The notes under the pieces: model-generated
What the model saw: only the letters and a program-made list of their open reading frames with translations
Database searches by the model: none
Told to the model about the DNA's origin: nothing
Assembly: GCA_963813715.1 (NCBI GenBank)
Contig: CAWFAK010000009.1
Span: 1 to 64,000, forward strand
Length of the DNA: 64,000 bases
Origin: an uncultured Planctomycetaceae bacterium
Lineage (GTDB): Bacteria; Planctomycetota; Planctomycetia; Planctomycetales; Planctomycetaceae
Direction of reading: 5' to 3'
In this document: piece by piece, positions 46,705 through 55,631 of the stretch
Layout of the letters: every line of letters begins with the position of its first letter
Position numbering within the stretch: the stretch's first letter is position 1
Program-made: the position numbers and the translations under genes

Positions 46705-49029
46705 CTACGGCCGAGCCCAGACGACGCTGCCTTGCTTCTTGTACCACACGACTGGGTTGCCCGGGTCGCGTTCCCAGGTCTTGCCGTCGATCACGAATTT
46801 GTATTCGTGCCGGCCCTCGGGGAGCTCGAGCGTCGTCGTGTACCAGCCGTCGCGGTCTGGGCCCTGCATCAGGTGCGAGTCGGGCTTCCAGTGATTGAAT
46901 GAGCCGGAAAGCGCGACCGTCTTGCAGGCAGCGGCCGGGTGATAGCGAAACTCGGCGCGGTACTTGCCGTCGCTCGTCTGTGTGACGGTCGGCGGATGAA
47001 GCGGGCCGACCACGACCACGCCGTTGCGATAGACGTTCGTCCGGTCCCGGTTGCCGGGATCGGTCTTCCAGACTTTGCCGTCGATCACGAATTTGTATTC
47101 GTGCCGCCCGATCGGCAACCGCAGCGTCGACATGAAATAGCCTTCCTTGTCGGGGCCCAACATCGCGAGCGCCGTCGGCTTCCACTCGTTGAAGGTGCCG
47201 GCGAGATAGACGGCTTTGGCGGGCTGCGGCGGACGATAGCGGAAGGCCACGTCGTAGCGGCCGTCGTCGGCCCGCGTCACTCGCGGCGGACCAATTGCAA
47301 AATCCTGCTCGGCCGGGCTGTAGTCGTACGAGCCGATCATCATCTCGTCCCAGGTCTGGTCGCCCCAGTGGACCTCGCTCGTCGGGTCGGGATTCAGCAA
47401 ATTGTTCTCGGAGTTGTCGAAGGCGGCGTGGCAGTCGATCCGCGTGCCCGCTGGCAGAACCTTGGGCTCGGCCAGGCGATAGGTGTTCTGCCAGTTGAAG
47501 TCGTAGCGCGGAACGTCGAGCAGAATCTCTTTGCGACCGTCGGGATATGCGGCGGTGAACGAAAACGCTTTGCCGCGGAGGTGCATGTGCGGCACGAGTT
47601 CGTAGAGGAAACGGTCTTCTTCGATCTGTTCTTGCGCGTCGACGCGATAATCGGCCGCGCCCGGCGGGATGGAAAACTGCCAGTTGTAGATGCCGCCGAC
47701 GGAAACTTCGTGCCGCACGGTCTGCGGGTCGGCAAACAGCAGCCCCGCCTCGCTCAGGTCGGTCTGCTCGCTGCCGTTGGGCGTGTAGTGCATTTGAAAG
47801 ACGAGCCGCGAGCCGGCCGGAATTCGCCCCGCGTAGCCGAGGGTCGGGGCTGTCGGCGGCAGTCCGGGGGCGAACGCGGCGACCGCGTTGAAGAGCGCGT
47901 CTTCCGGCTTCGGCCCCGCTTGTTCGGGCGGCACGTAGAAGAGCAGCATGTGATGGACGATGCTGCGATTGCCCGGCCGCGCTTCGGCACCGCGAATCCA
48001 CATGTCGTGCGTGAATCCCGGGTCGACGATGAAATACTTGTAGTCGACGACGCCGCTCGCCGGCACCATGAACGGCTCGGGCATTTTGACGATTAAATCG
48101 GGCTTGGGGATGCGCCAGCCGTCGGGAAAGGCGGCTTTGGCCGGCAACTGCGACGCGTCGCCCTCCGGCACGCCGTTGTCGATCCAATCGCGGATCAGCT
48201 GCTTGTCTTTTTCAGCGAGGCGGGCGTCGTTCAAGAATTTGCCGTGGGCGGGGTTCGCGCGCCACGGCGGCATCCGTCCCTGGTCGACCACTTCGCGGAT
48301 CGTCTCGGCCCAGGCGGCGGCGTCCGCGTACGAGGTCAACGCAAACGGAGCCACTTCTCCCGCCCGATGACACTCGACGCAGTTGGCCCGAAAGATCCGC
48401 GCGATCTGATTCGAGTACGTGACGTCCCCTTTCGGCGGGAGGCGATTCACGCGAGCGATGCGACAGCCGACCGACGGCGTCGAAGGCGTCCGCACTTGTC
48501 GCCCGGCGAGAATGTCGGCGAGTGCGTCTTCGACGAACGCCTTCTTGGCTTTGTCATGCGCGTAGCCGATGCCGAACTGGTCGTCGATCAGCCCGCAATA
48601 GCGGACGACGCCGGCGGAGTCGATCACGAAGGCCTCGGGCGTGCGAAGCGCGCCGAGCCGATCGGCGACCTGGTTGCCTGGATCCTTGCAGACCGGAAAC
48701 GGAATCTTATGCAGCTGCACGAAGTGCGAAATCGCGGCCAGCGAATCCTGTTGGTTGGCGTCGATGCCGAAGAACCGCACGCCCTGCCCGTGATATTTTT
48801 GTGAAAGCTCGGCCAGGCGGGTGGTGTAGCGTTGGGCGAGCGGGCACTCGGTCCCCAAAAAGACGACGACGTTGGCCCGGCTCTGCTTCCAGCCGGCAAC
48901 CGCATCGGCCCCCAGACAATCGGTTAACGCCGCCGGTTCGATCCGTTTACCCACCGGGCTCGGCGACGCATCCGTGCCGGCCGTTAACAGCAGGCCGACC
49001 AGGAGCGACGAGCAAGCGAATCCAGACAT
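46705..49029 (-). CDS. exported redoxin + CxxCH + copper-monooxygenase-like domain + two CBM48/AMPK-type glycogen-binding domains
   Basis: FLGTECP, CVECHR, IVHH, PHMHLRG, DEMMIG; twice GxFNxWKP..GRHEYKFVIDGKxWxxDPGN. Confidence 0.8.
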   Translation of the reverse strand: MSGFACSSLLVGLLLTAGTDASPSPVGKRIEPAALTDCLGADAVAGWKQSRANVVVFLGTECPLAQRYTTRLAELSQKYHGQGVRFFGIDANQQDSLAAISHFVQLHKIPFPVCKDPGNQVADRLGALRTPEAFVIDSAGVVRYCGLIDDQFGIGYAHDKAKKAFVEDALADILAGRQVRTPSTPSVGCRIARVNRLPPKGDVTYSNQIARIFRANCVECHRAGEVAPFALTSYADAAAWAETIREVVDQGRMPPWRANPAHGKFLNDARLAEKDKQLIRDWIDNGVPEGDASQLPAKAAFPDGWRIPKPDLIVKMPEPFMVPASGVVDYKYFIVDPGFTHDMWIRGAEARPGNRSIVHHMLLFYVPPEQAGPKPEDALFNAVAAFAPGLPPTAPTLGYAGRIPAGSRLVFQMHYTPNGSEQTDLSEAGLLFADPQTVRHEVSVGGIYNWQFSIPPGAADYRVDAQEQIEEDRFLYELVPHMHLRGKAFSFTAAYPDGRKEILLDVPRYDFNWQNTYRLAEPKVLPAGTRIDCHAAFDNSENNLLNPDPTSEVHWGDQTWDEMMIGSYDYSPAEQDFAIGPPRVTRADDGRYDVAFRYRPPQPAKAVYLAGTFNEWKPTALAMLGPDKEGYFMSTLRLPIGRHEYKFVIDGKVWKTDPGNRDRTNVYRNGVVVVGPLHPPTVTQTSDGKYRAEFRYHPAAACKTVALSGSFNHWKPDSHLMQGPDRDGWYTTTLELPEGRHEYKFVIDGKTWERDPGNPVVWYKKQGSVVWARP

Positions 49030-49257
49030 CGGCAGACTCCCTCGTTCCCTCACGCAGCATTTGATTCTGTGATAGCGCTTCTGCAGGGTGAGATTCTAAA
49101 GCGATCCCGGTCGAAGGACCAAGAGCAGGAGGGACCGGCTTTGATCGGCTAGGTGGCTGGGTCGAGCTGAAGGCTCGCCCCGGGCGGCGATGACGCCGAC
49201 CCCATCCCTGACATTTTGCGGTGAGCCGGAGTAGTTCCCATTGCCCCGCGCGGCGGC

Positions 49258-49860
49258 TCAGGCGGCGCACTTCGGGGCGCTGTCCGTGGTCGCACTCGGC
49301 GACGAAGTGCTGGGGGCCGTGCGAGTGTTCCAGGGCATCTTGGCGAGCATCATGCCCATGCCGCAGGTGTCGGTCACGCCGGCGAAGACCAGACCGGCTC
49401 CGATGAAGGCCGACAGTCCGTACAGATAGGGATGGACGAGCGAACCGAGCGCGACGCCGACGAGTACCAGCGAACCGGCGGTGATCCGCACTTGCCGCTC
49501 GAGCGACATCACTTTCTTGCCGCGAACGAGGGGCAGCCCGGCTGTTTCACAAGCCGCCGTTCCGCCTTCGATGTTGATCACGTTGGCAAAGCCGGCTTTG
49601 GCAAATCGGTCGCACGCCTGCTGGCCGCGGCCGCCGGCCTGACAAATCACGTAGAGCGGCTCGTTGGCCGAGCCGTTCCGGGTCCGCACGACCTGCGCGG
49701 GGTCGAGGTCGGAGAGCGGGATGTTCCGCGCGAACTCCACGTGAACTTGCTGAAACTCGGCCGGTGTCCGCACGTCAATCAGGTCGATGCCTTGTCCCGA
49801 GCGGTGGAGCTGGGCCAGCGCCTGGGGAGAAATTGTTCCGAGAGAAGTTGACGCAGCCAT
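49258..49860 (-). CDS. rhodanese-domain sulfurtransferase with DUF2892 membrane anchor (YgaP-like)
   Basis: IDVRTPAEF, ICQAGGRG, SLERQVRI, TDTCGM..MPWN; AAGGAG RBS, start 13 bp after the desulfurase stop. Confidence 0.92.
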   Translation of the reverse strand: MAASTSLGTISPQALAQLHRSGQGIDLIDVRTPAEFQQVHVEFARNIPLSDLDPAQVVRTRNGSANEPLYVICQAGGRGQQACDRFAKAGFANVINIEGGTAACETAGLPLVRGKKVMSLERQVRITAGSLVLVGVALGSLVHPYLYGLSAFIGAGLVFAGVTDTCGMGMMLAKMPWNTRTAPSTSSPSATTDSAPKCAA

Positions 49861-49873
49861 CGTGCTCGCTCCT

Positions 49874-51682
49874 TCACCTGCGTTGGATCCGGCGGATTGC
49901 GTCCGCCAACCGGTCGATTTCGTCTTTCTTATTATAGAAAGCCAGGGAGGGACGAACTGTAGCCTCAAGTCCAAAACGCCTCAAGGAGGGTTGTGAGCAG
50001 TGGTGGCCGGCCCGCACGGCGATCCCCTCCAGGTCGAGGAGCCGTCCCACTTCGATCGTGGGGCGATCCTGAAGCACGAAGGACAGCACGCCGACCTTTT
50101 CCCGGGCCGTGCCGATCAGCCGCAGGCCGTTGATCCGCGACAGGGCCTCCGTTGCGTAAGCCAACAGCTCGTGCTCGTACTGGGCGATATTGGGCAGGCC
50201 GAATTGGCGGACGTAATCGAGCGCGGCCCCCAAGCCGACGGCGTCGGCGATGTTGGGCGTGCCCGCCTCGAACTTGGCCGGCGGATCGGCATAGGTGGTG
50301 TCTTCGAAGGTGACGTTCTTGATCATGCTGCCGCCCCCCTGCCAGGGAGGCATGATGTCGAGCAGCTCTTCGCGGGCCTGCAGCACGCCGATGCCTGTTG
50401 GGCCGAAAATCTTGTGGCCCGAGAAAACGTAGAAATCGGAGCCCAGCTGCTGCACGTTCACCGGCACGTGGGCGACCGTTTGCGCCCCGTCGATCAGCAC
50501 GCGGGCCCCGTACCGCTTGGCCATCTGCGTCATCTCGGCGATGGGCAAGAGCGTGCCGATGCTGTTGGAGGCGTGGGCCAACGCGACCAGCTTGGTCCGC
50601 GGCCCGAGAATCTTCTGGTACTCCTCGAGAATGATTTCGCCCCGATCGTTGACGGGAATCACCCGCAGGCGAGCGCCGGTCTCTTTCAAGATCAGCTGCC
50701 AGGGGACGATGTTGGCGTGATGTTCGAGCGTCGAGAGGACGATTTCGTCGTCCGGCTGCAGGAACTTGCGGCCCCACGTTTGGGCCACCAGGTTGATCGC
50801 TTCGGTCGTGCCGCGGACGAAGACAATTTCTTTGGACGACGACGCGCCCAAGAAGTCGCGGACCTTGTCGCGAGCCTGCTCGAAGCCTTCGGTCGCCCGT
50901 CCGGCCAGCGTGTGCGCGCCGCGGTGGATGTTGGAATTGTCGTGCTCGTAAAAGTACGAGAGCGCGTCGATCACGCTTTGGGGCTTCTGCGTGGTGGCCG
51001 CGTTGTCGAGCCAGACGAGCGGCCGGCCGTGCACGCGCTGGTGCAGAATCGGGAAGTCGCGACGGACCGCGTCGACGTCGAGCGGCCGCGCGCCGTAGCC
51101 GTTGGCCGCGTCGTCGCGCGGGTAAGGGGCCGGCTCGAACGTCGGGAACTGCGGCGCGGCCGGACGCGAGTTGCCCGGAGCGTGGTTGGTTGTCGCCGAG
51201 GCGGCCGTCGGAGCCGAAGTCGATTTGGGCTCGCCGTTGGGAAACGCCTCGGTCGACGAGCGAAAGTCGGAGCGACGAATGCTCTGGACGAACGCGCGCA
51301 GTCCATCCGTTTGCGATCCGCTGCTTGATGTCGCGGGGAAACCGGACGGACTCGGTGATGACCCCGCGCCGAACGACGGCGCGTGCCCGCCGAATTGGCT
51401 GCCAAATTCCGTCGGCCCGCGGAACGCCTCGACCGGAGCTGCCGAGGCGACGGGAGCCATGGCCGGAGCCTGGCTCTGAAAGATCGGACTGTCGAACGCC
51501 GGCAAAGTTTCCGGAGGCAGCGGCGTTGCCGGCGCTTGCACTTGCTCTCGCGCCATCGAATCGGCGGCCGGATCGACGGGAGGCAGCGGTCCGCCGCCCA
51601 GGCCCGCTCCGTGGCCCCCCGGACTCTCGCTATACAGTCGGCTCGCCAACTGGGCGATGTGATCGGGTGTGAGACTGGTCAT
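49874..51682 (-). CDS. SufS-type cysteine desulfurase with ~200-aa disordered N-terminal cargo-loading region (encapsulin cargo)
   Basis: WLDNAATTQKP, EHHANIVPWQ, DGAQ, SGHK, RAGHHCSQP; Pro/Ser/Ala-rich N-terminus with IAQLASRLYS; alternative TTG start at 51712. Confidence 0.93.
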   Translation of the reverse strand: MTSLTPDHIAQLASRLYSESPGGHGAGLGGGPLPPVDPAADSMAREQVQAPATPLPPETLPAFDSPIFQSQAPAMAPVASAAPVEAFRGPTEFGSQFGGHAPSFGAGSSPSPSGFPATSSSGSQTDGLRAFVQSIRRSDFRSSTEAFPNGEPKSTSAPTAASATTNHAPGNSRPAAPQFPTFEPAPYPRDDAANGYGARPLDVDAVRRDFPILHQRVHGRPLVWLDNAATTQKPQSVIDALSYFYEHDNSNIHRGAHTLAGRATEGFEQARDKVRDFLGASSSKEIVFVRGTTEAINLVAQTWGRKFLQPDDEIVLSTLEHHANIVPWQLILKETGARLRVIPVNDRGEIILEEYQKILGPRTKLVALAHASNSIGTLLPIAEMTQMAKRYGARVLIDGAQTVAHVPVNVQQLGSDFYVFSGHKIFGPTGIGVLQAREELLDIMPPWQGGGSMIKNVTFEDTTYADPPAKFEAGTPNIADAVGLGAALDYVRQFGLPNIAQYEHELLAYATEALSRINGLRLIGTAREKVGVLSFVLQDRPTIEVGRLLDLEGIAVRAGHHCSQPSLRRFGLEATVRPSLAFYNKKDEIDRLADAIRRIQRR

Positions 51683-51769
51683 CGTCGACGCTCCGCTGGC
51701 CGCTGATTTCAAAGCCGCTCATTCGAACGGGGGCTTATTTTTCGAGCAGGGCTTCTTTCGAACTGGGGC

Positions 51770-53209
51770 TTATTTGAATTTCGTCATGCGATGCTCGTAG
51801 TCGTGGTAGTAGCCCACCTCGACGTTTTCGAGGATGCCCAGCGCGTCGTCGGTCAACACGGCGCACGAGAAGTAGAGTGTGAGCAGGTACGAGGCGACGC
51901 CCAGGCTGTCCAAGCCCATCAACCGGGCCGACAGGCTCGGCTTGATCTCGCCCGGAATGCCCGCTTGGTGCAGGCCGACGACTCCCTGGTCTCCCTCGCC
52001 GATCCGCAGCAGCAAGATGTTGGTCGTGCCGAACCACTGGTTCGACTGGTTGCGGCTGTAGACCTCGAGCTTGTCGCAGGGCACCAACGGCACGCCGCGC
52101 CACGTGATCACCGACGTACCGAACAGGTTGATCGTCACCGGCGGCACGCCGCGCCACGTGCACTCCCGCTCGAACGCGGCGATCGCCTTCGGATGGGCGA
52201 GGAAGAACGCCGGCTTCTTCCAGACGAGGGCCAGCAAATCGTCGAGATCGTCGGGCGTCGGCGCTCCGTAACGCGTGCTGATCCGCATGGCCGGGTCGGC
52301 CGAGTGCAACAGGCCGAACTTCTTGCTGTTGACGATCTCCCACTCTTGGCGTTCCTTGATCCCCTCGATCGTCAGCCGCATCTGCTCTTCAAGCTGATCG
52401 TAGGGGCCGTTGTAGAGATCGGACACGCGCGTATGCACGCGGACCACCGTCTGCACGGCGGAGAGTGAATATTCCCGCGGGTTGGCCGAGTAATCGACGA
52501 AGGTCTCGGGGATCTCGACGTTCTCGGCAAAGCCTGACACGAGGTCGATGTTGCGTTCGCCGTACCGATTGACGGTCGAGCGCAGCTCTTGGTGTTCCTC
52601 GATCGCCTTTCTGAAATCGTCCTGCAGGTTGGGCTCTTCGGCCAGCACGGCGTCGAGGTCTTTGCGGGACAGGGTGAGCAGCACGCATGGCGTGTTCGTG
52701 CGAACGGTGACGTCCGACGGCTTGTCGGAGACGAGATCGGTCTCGCCGAAGAACTCGCCTTCGCTCAAGAGGGCGATCCGCAGGTCGGACCCGTGAATGC
52801 CCTTGCTGAGCACCTCGACCTGCCCCTGGGCGATGATGAAGAACTTGCTCAGATCCTCGCCTTCGACGAGGAGCTTGTTGCCCAGCGACACGTCTTCCGT
52901 CTTAAAGCGGCTGGCCATTCGCGTGATGATGGCCTCGGGCAGCTTGGAGAAGAGGGGCACGCTTCGCAGCGATTCGGACGGGAACGAGGCCGTCTCACCC
53001 GACGCATCCACGCCAATCCGCTCTGCCTTGGGCAGCTCGACCTTCGTGCGATTGACGCGGTACACGCCGCCGTGCACGTGCACCCACGGCAGCAGGCTCA
53101 AGAGCCAGCGCGGGGTGATCGACATCATCTTGGGCGACGTTTTGGTCGTATCCGCCAGGTTCCTGGCGACCGACGTCGTCACACTACGCTGCAACAGACC
53201 GTTCGACAT
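51770..53209 (-). CDS. Family 2B encapsulin shell protein with cNMP-binding-like insertion (copy 2)
   Basis: ARNLADTTKTSPKMMSITPRWLL, YRVNR, TFVDY..PREY, VHTRVSDLYN, GAPTPDDLDDLL, WRGVP, ~140-aa CBD with EGEFFGE. Confidence 0.92.
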   Translation of the reverse strand: MSNGLLQRSVTTSVARNLADTTKTSPKMMSITPRWLLSLLPWVHVHGGVYRVNRTKVELPKAERIGVDASGETASFPSESLRSVPLFSKLPEAIITRMASRFKTEDVSLGNKLLVEGEDLSKFFIIAQGQVEVLSKGIHGSDLRIALLSEGEFFGETDLVSDKPSDVTVRTNTPCVLLTLSRKDLDAVLAEEPNLQDDFRKAIEEHQELRSTVNRYGERNIDLVSGFAENVEIPETFVDYSANPREYSLSAVQTVVRVHTRVSDLYNGPYDQLEEQMRLTIEGIKERQEWEIVNSKKFGLLHSADPAMRISTRYGAPTPDDLDDLLALVWKKPAFFLAHPKAIAAFERECTWRGVPPVTINLFGTSVITWRGVPLVPCDKLEVYSRNQSNQWFGTTNILLLRIGEGDQGVVGLHQAGIPGEIKPSLSARLMGLDSLGVASYLLTLYFSCAVLTDDALGILENVEVGYYHDYEHRMTKFK

Positions 53210-53340
53210 GGCCTCTCCTCAACCTTTTTCCGTTCGGTTATTCCGTTCCGTGATTTCAGTCGTCCGCTAATTCACTCGTCCGCTAACCGCCGTGCAAATC
53301 CCCACCGCCCCCAACAGAAAACTCAAACCAATCGCTTCAC

Positions 53341-54798
53341 TTAGATCCCCAGCCCGTCCGCGAATCGTCGGGGCTCGCGACTTTCGTAATCGTGGTAGTA
53401 GCTGACCTCGACGTTTTCCAGAATTCCCAGCGCGTCGTCGGTCAACACGGCGCACGAGAAGTAGAGCGTGAGCAGGTACGAGGCGACTCCCAGGCTGTCC
53501 AAGCCCATCAACCGGGCCGACAGGCTCGGCTTGATCTCGCCCGGGATGCCCACCTCGTGCAGCCCGACGACTCCCTGGTCGCCCTCGCCGATCCGCAGCA
53601 GGATAATGCTCGTGGTGCCGAACCATTGGCGAGCCTGGTTGCGGCCCTGGATTTCCAGCTTGTCGCAAGGGATCAGCGGCACGCCCCGCCATGTGATCAC
53701 CGACGTACCGAACAGGTTGATCGTCACCGGCGGCACGCCCCGCCACGTGCACTCGCGCTCGAACGCGGCGATCGCCTTCGGATGGGCCAGGAAGAAGGCC
53801 GGCTTTTTCCAGACGAGGGCCAGTAGGTCATCGAGATCGTCGGGCGTGGGCGAACCGTAACGCGTGCTGATTCGCATGGCCGGGTCGGCCGAGTGCAAGA
53901 GGCCGAACTTCTTGCTGTTGACGATCTCCCACTCCTGCCGTTCCTTGATCCCCTCGATCGTGAGGCGCATCTGCTCTTCGAGCTGATCGTAGGGACCGTT
54001 GTAGAGATCCGAGACGCGCGTGTGGACCCGCACGACCGTCTGCACGGCGGAGAGCGAGTATTCCCTCGGGTTGGCCGAGTAGTCGACGAACGTCTCTGGA
54101 ATCACGACGTTCTCGGCAAAGCCCGAAACGAGGTCGATGTTGCGTTCGCCGTAGCGATTGACGGTCGAGCGCAGTTCAAGGTGGTCCTCGATCGCCTTCT
54201 TGAATTCGTCCTGCAGGTTGGGCGTTTCGGCGAGGACAGCTTCGAGGTCTTTCCGCGAAAGCGTCAGCACGACACAGGGCGTGTTCGTGCGGACGGTGAC
54301 GTCGGACGGCTTGTCGGAAACGAGGTCGGTCTCGCCGAAGTATTCGCCTTCGCTCAACAGGGCGATCCGCAGGTCGCTGCCGTGCACGCCTTTGCTCAGC
54401 ACTTCGACCTGCCCCTGGGCAATGACGAAGAACTTGCTGATGTCTTCGCCTTCAACCAATAGCTTGTTGCCCATCGACACGTTTTCGGTCTTGAAGCGGC
54501 TGGCCATCCGCGCGATGACCGCTTCGGGCAGCTTGGAGAAGAGAGGCACGCTCCGCAGCGCCTCGGGGGCGAAGGAGGCCGTCTCGCCCGACACGTCGAC
54601 GCCGATCCGCTCCGCCTTGGGCAGCTCGACCTTCGTGCGGTTGACGCGATAGGTTCCGCCGTGCACGTGCACCCAGGGCAGCAGGCTCAACAGCCACCGC
54701 GGGGTGATTGACATCATCTTGGGTGACGTCTTGGTCGTGTCGGCCAGGTTCCTGGCGACCGACGTCGTCACGCTGCGCTGCAACAGACCGTTCGACAT
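53341..54798 (-). CDS. Family 2B encapsulin shell protein with cNMP-binding-like insertion (copy 1)
   Basis: Same motifs; about 33 substitutions versus copy 2 by hand count, plus a different C-tail. Confidence 0.92.
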   Translation of the reverse strand: MSNGLLQRSVTTSVARNLADTTKTSPKMMSITPRWLLSLLPWVHVHGGTYRVNRTKVELPKAERIGVDVSGETASFAPEALRSVPLFSKLPEAVIARMASRFKTENVSMGNKLLVEGEDISKFFVIAQGQVEVLSKGVHGSDLRIALLSEGEYFGETDLVSDKPSDVTVRTNTPCVVLTLSRKDLEAVLAETPNLQDEFKKAIEDHLELRSTVNRYGERNIDLVSGFAENVVIPETFVDYSANPREYSLSAVQTVVRVHTRVSDLYNGPYDQLEEQMRLTIEGIKERQEWEIVNSKKFGLLHSADPAMRISTRYGSPTPDDLDDLLALVWKKPAFFLAHPKAIAAFERECTWRGVPPVTINLFGTSVITWRGVPLIPCDKLEIQGRNQARQWFGTTSIILLRIGEGDQGVVGLHEVGIPGEIKPSLSARLMGLDSLGVASYLLTLYFSCAVLTDDALGILENVEVSYYHDYESREPRRFADGLGI

Positions 54799-54991
54799 GG
54801 TGGGAATCTTTTTCTTGTTGCCCGCTTATCGGTGTTTGAGAAATCCCAGGTTGGTTGCTGACGACAGCCGTCGAGCCCGCGAGGAATCGGCGCGAGCCCA
54901 CGGACTCGGCAGACTGCGGTTGAAGCGGCGTGGCGCGAACCGCGCGTCGAATGACGACCCGAGCGTCGGCTCGGCGATCAGCAGTTGGGGC

Positions 54992-55079
54992 TGCAAACGG
55001 GCATCCATTTCCGCGGCCCAAATCAGGGTCGTGCCACAAGGGCACGGGCACGAGTTCAGACCCGTGCCGCTCGGGCACG
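54992..55079 (-). promoter_or_regulatory. possible sigma-54 promoter plus two CGTGCC-N5-GGCACG palindromes
   Basis: TGGATGCCCGTTTGCA (GG-N10-GC, 54992-55007); palindromes at 55030-55046 and 55063-55079. Confidence 0.45.
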
Positions 55080-55367
55080 AGGCGCTTCCCGGCGCGGGCC
55101 TCTGCTTTGTTCCGCTTGGCGTGCGAAACGCGTGCAGCAGCGCGCGGCCGGCCGACTCCAGGTTCTCTGCGAAGACCGACAGGAATGTCTTCTCCCAAAT
55201 CACCAGTCGTTCCCGCTTGCCGCGTCGCGCATGCGCGAAGTGTCGAAGCCAGTGGTTGACGAGAAGACAAAGTCTGCCAGGGCTGCGAGGATACCCCGTT
55301 TGACCCAAACACGCATCGAATAGAGCCCCCATTGAGACAAGATTTCGAGAATTTCCGGCCTCACGCT

Positions 55368-55397
55368 TAAATATTCTCGATCAAATGAGTGATATAT
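55368..55397 (-). promoter_or_regulatory. candidate Rrf2 operator (box 4) upstream of the encapsulin operon
   Basis: Reverse complement ATATATCACTCATTTGATCGAGAATATTTA. Confidence 0.55.
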
Positions 55398-55631
55398 TAG
55401 AGCGAAGCGAGGGTGTGTCAAGCAGTAAAGCTGGGAGGGCGGGAATATTGGGCGATGGATGGAAGTTCTCAGCGAAGGGCGCGGACGGGTGGCCCGGGGT
55501 GCTCCGCATCGCGCGGAAGCCACCGTCTCGCTCATCGATTCGCCCAACAATCCGGATCTTCCGGGGCTTCCGCTGCACGGCCACCCTGACACTTAGCGGC
55601 ATACCCACCCCTGCAAACCACGCGGCTGCCG

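Noticed and set aside
51770..54798. Shell genes as prophage capsids or CRP regulators
   Set aside because: No portal, terminase or tail genes and no CRP HTH; SrpI-type motifs and an adjacent cargo desulfurase indicate encapsulins
54826..55332. 168-aa ORF upstream of the encapsulins
   Set aside because: No recognisable motif or RBS; overlaps candidate regulatory sites
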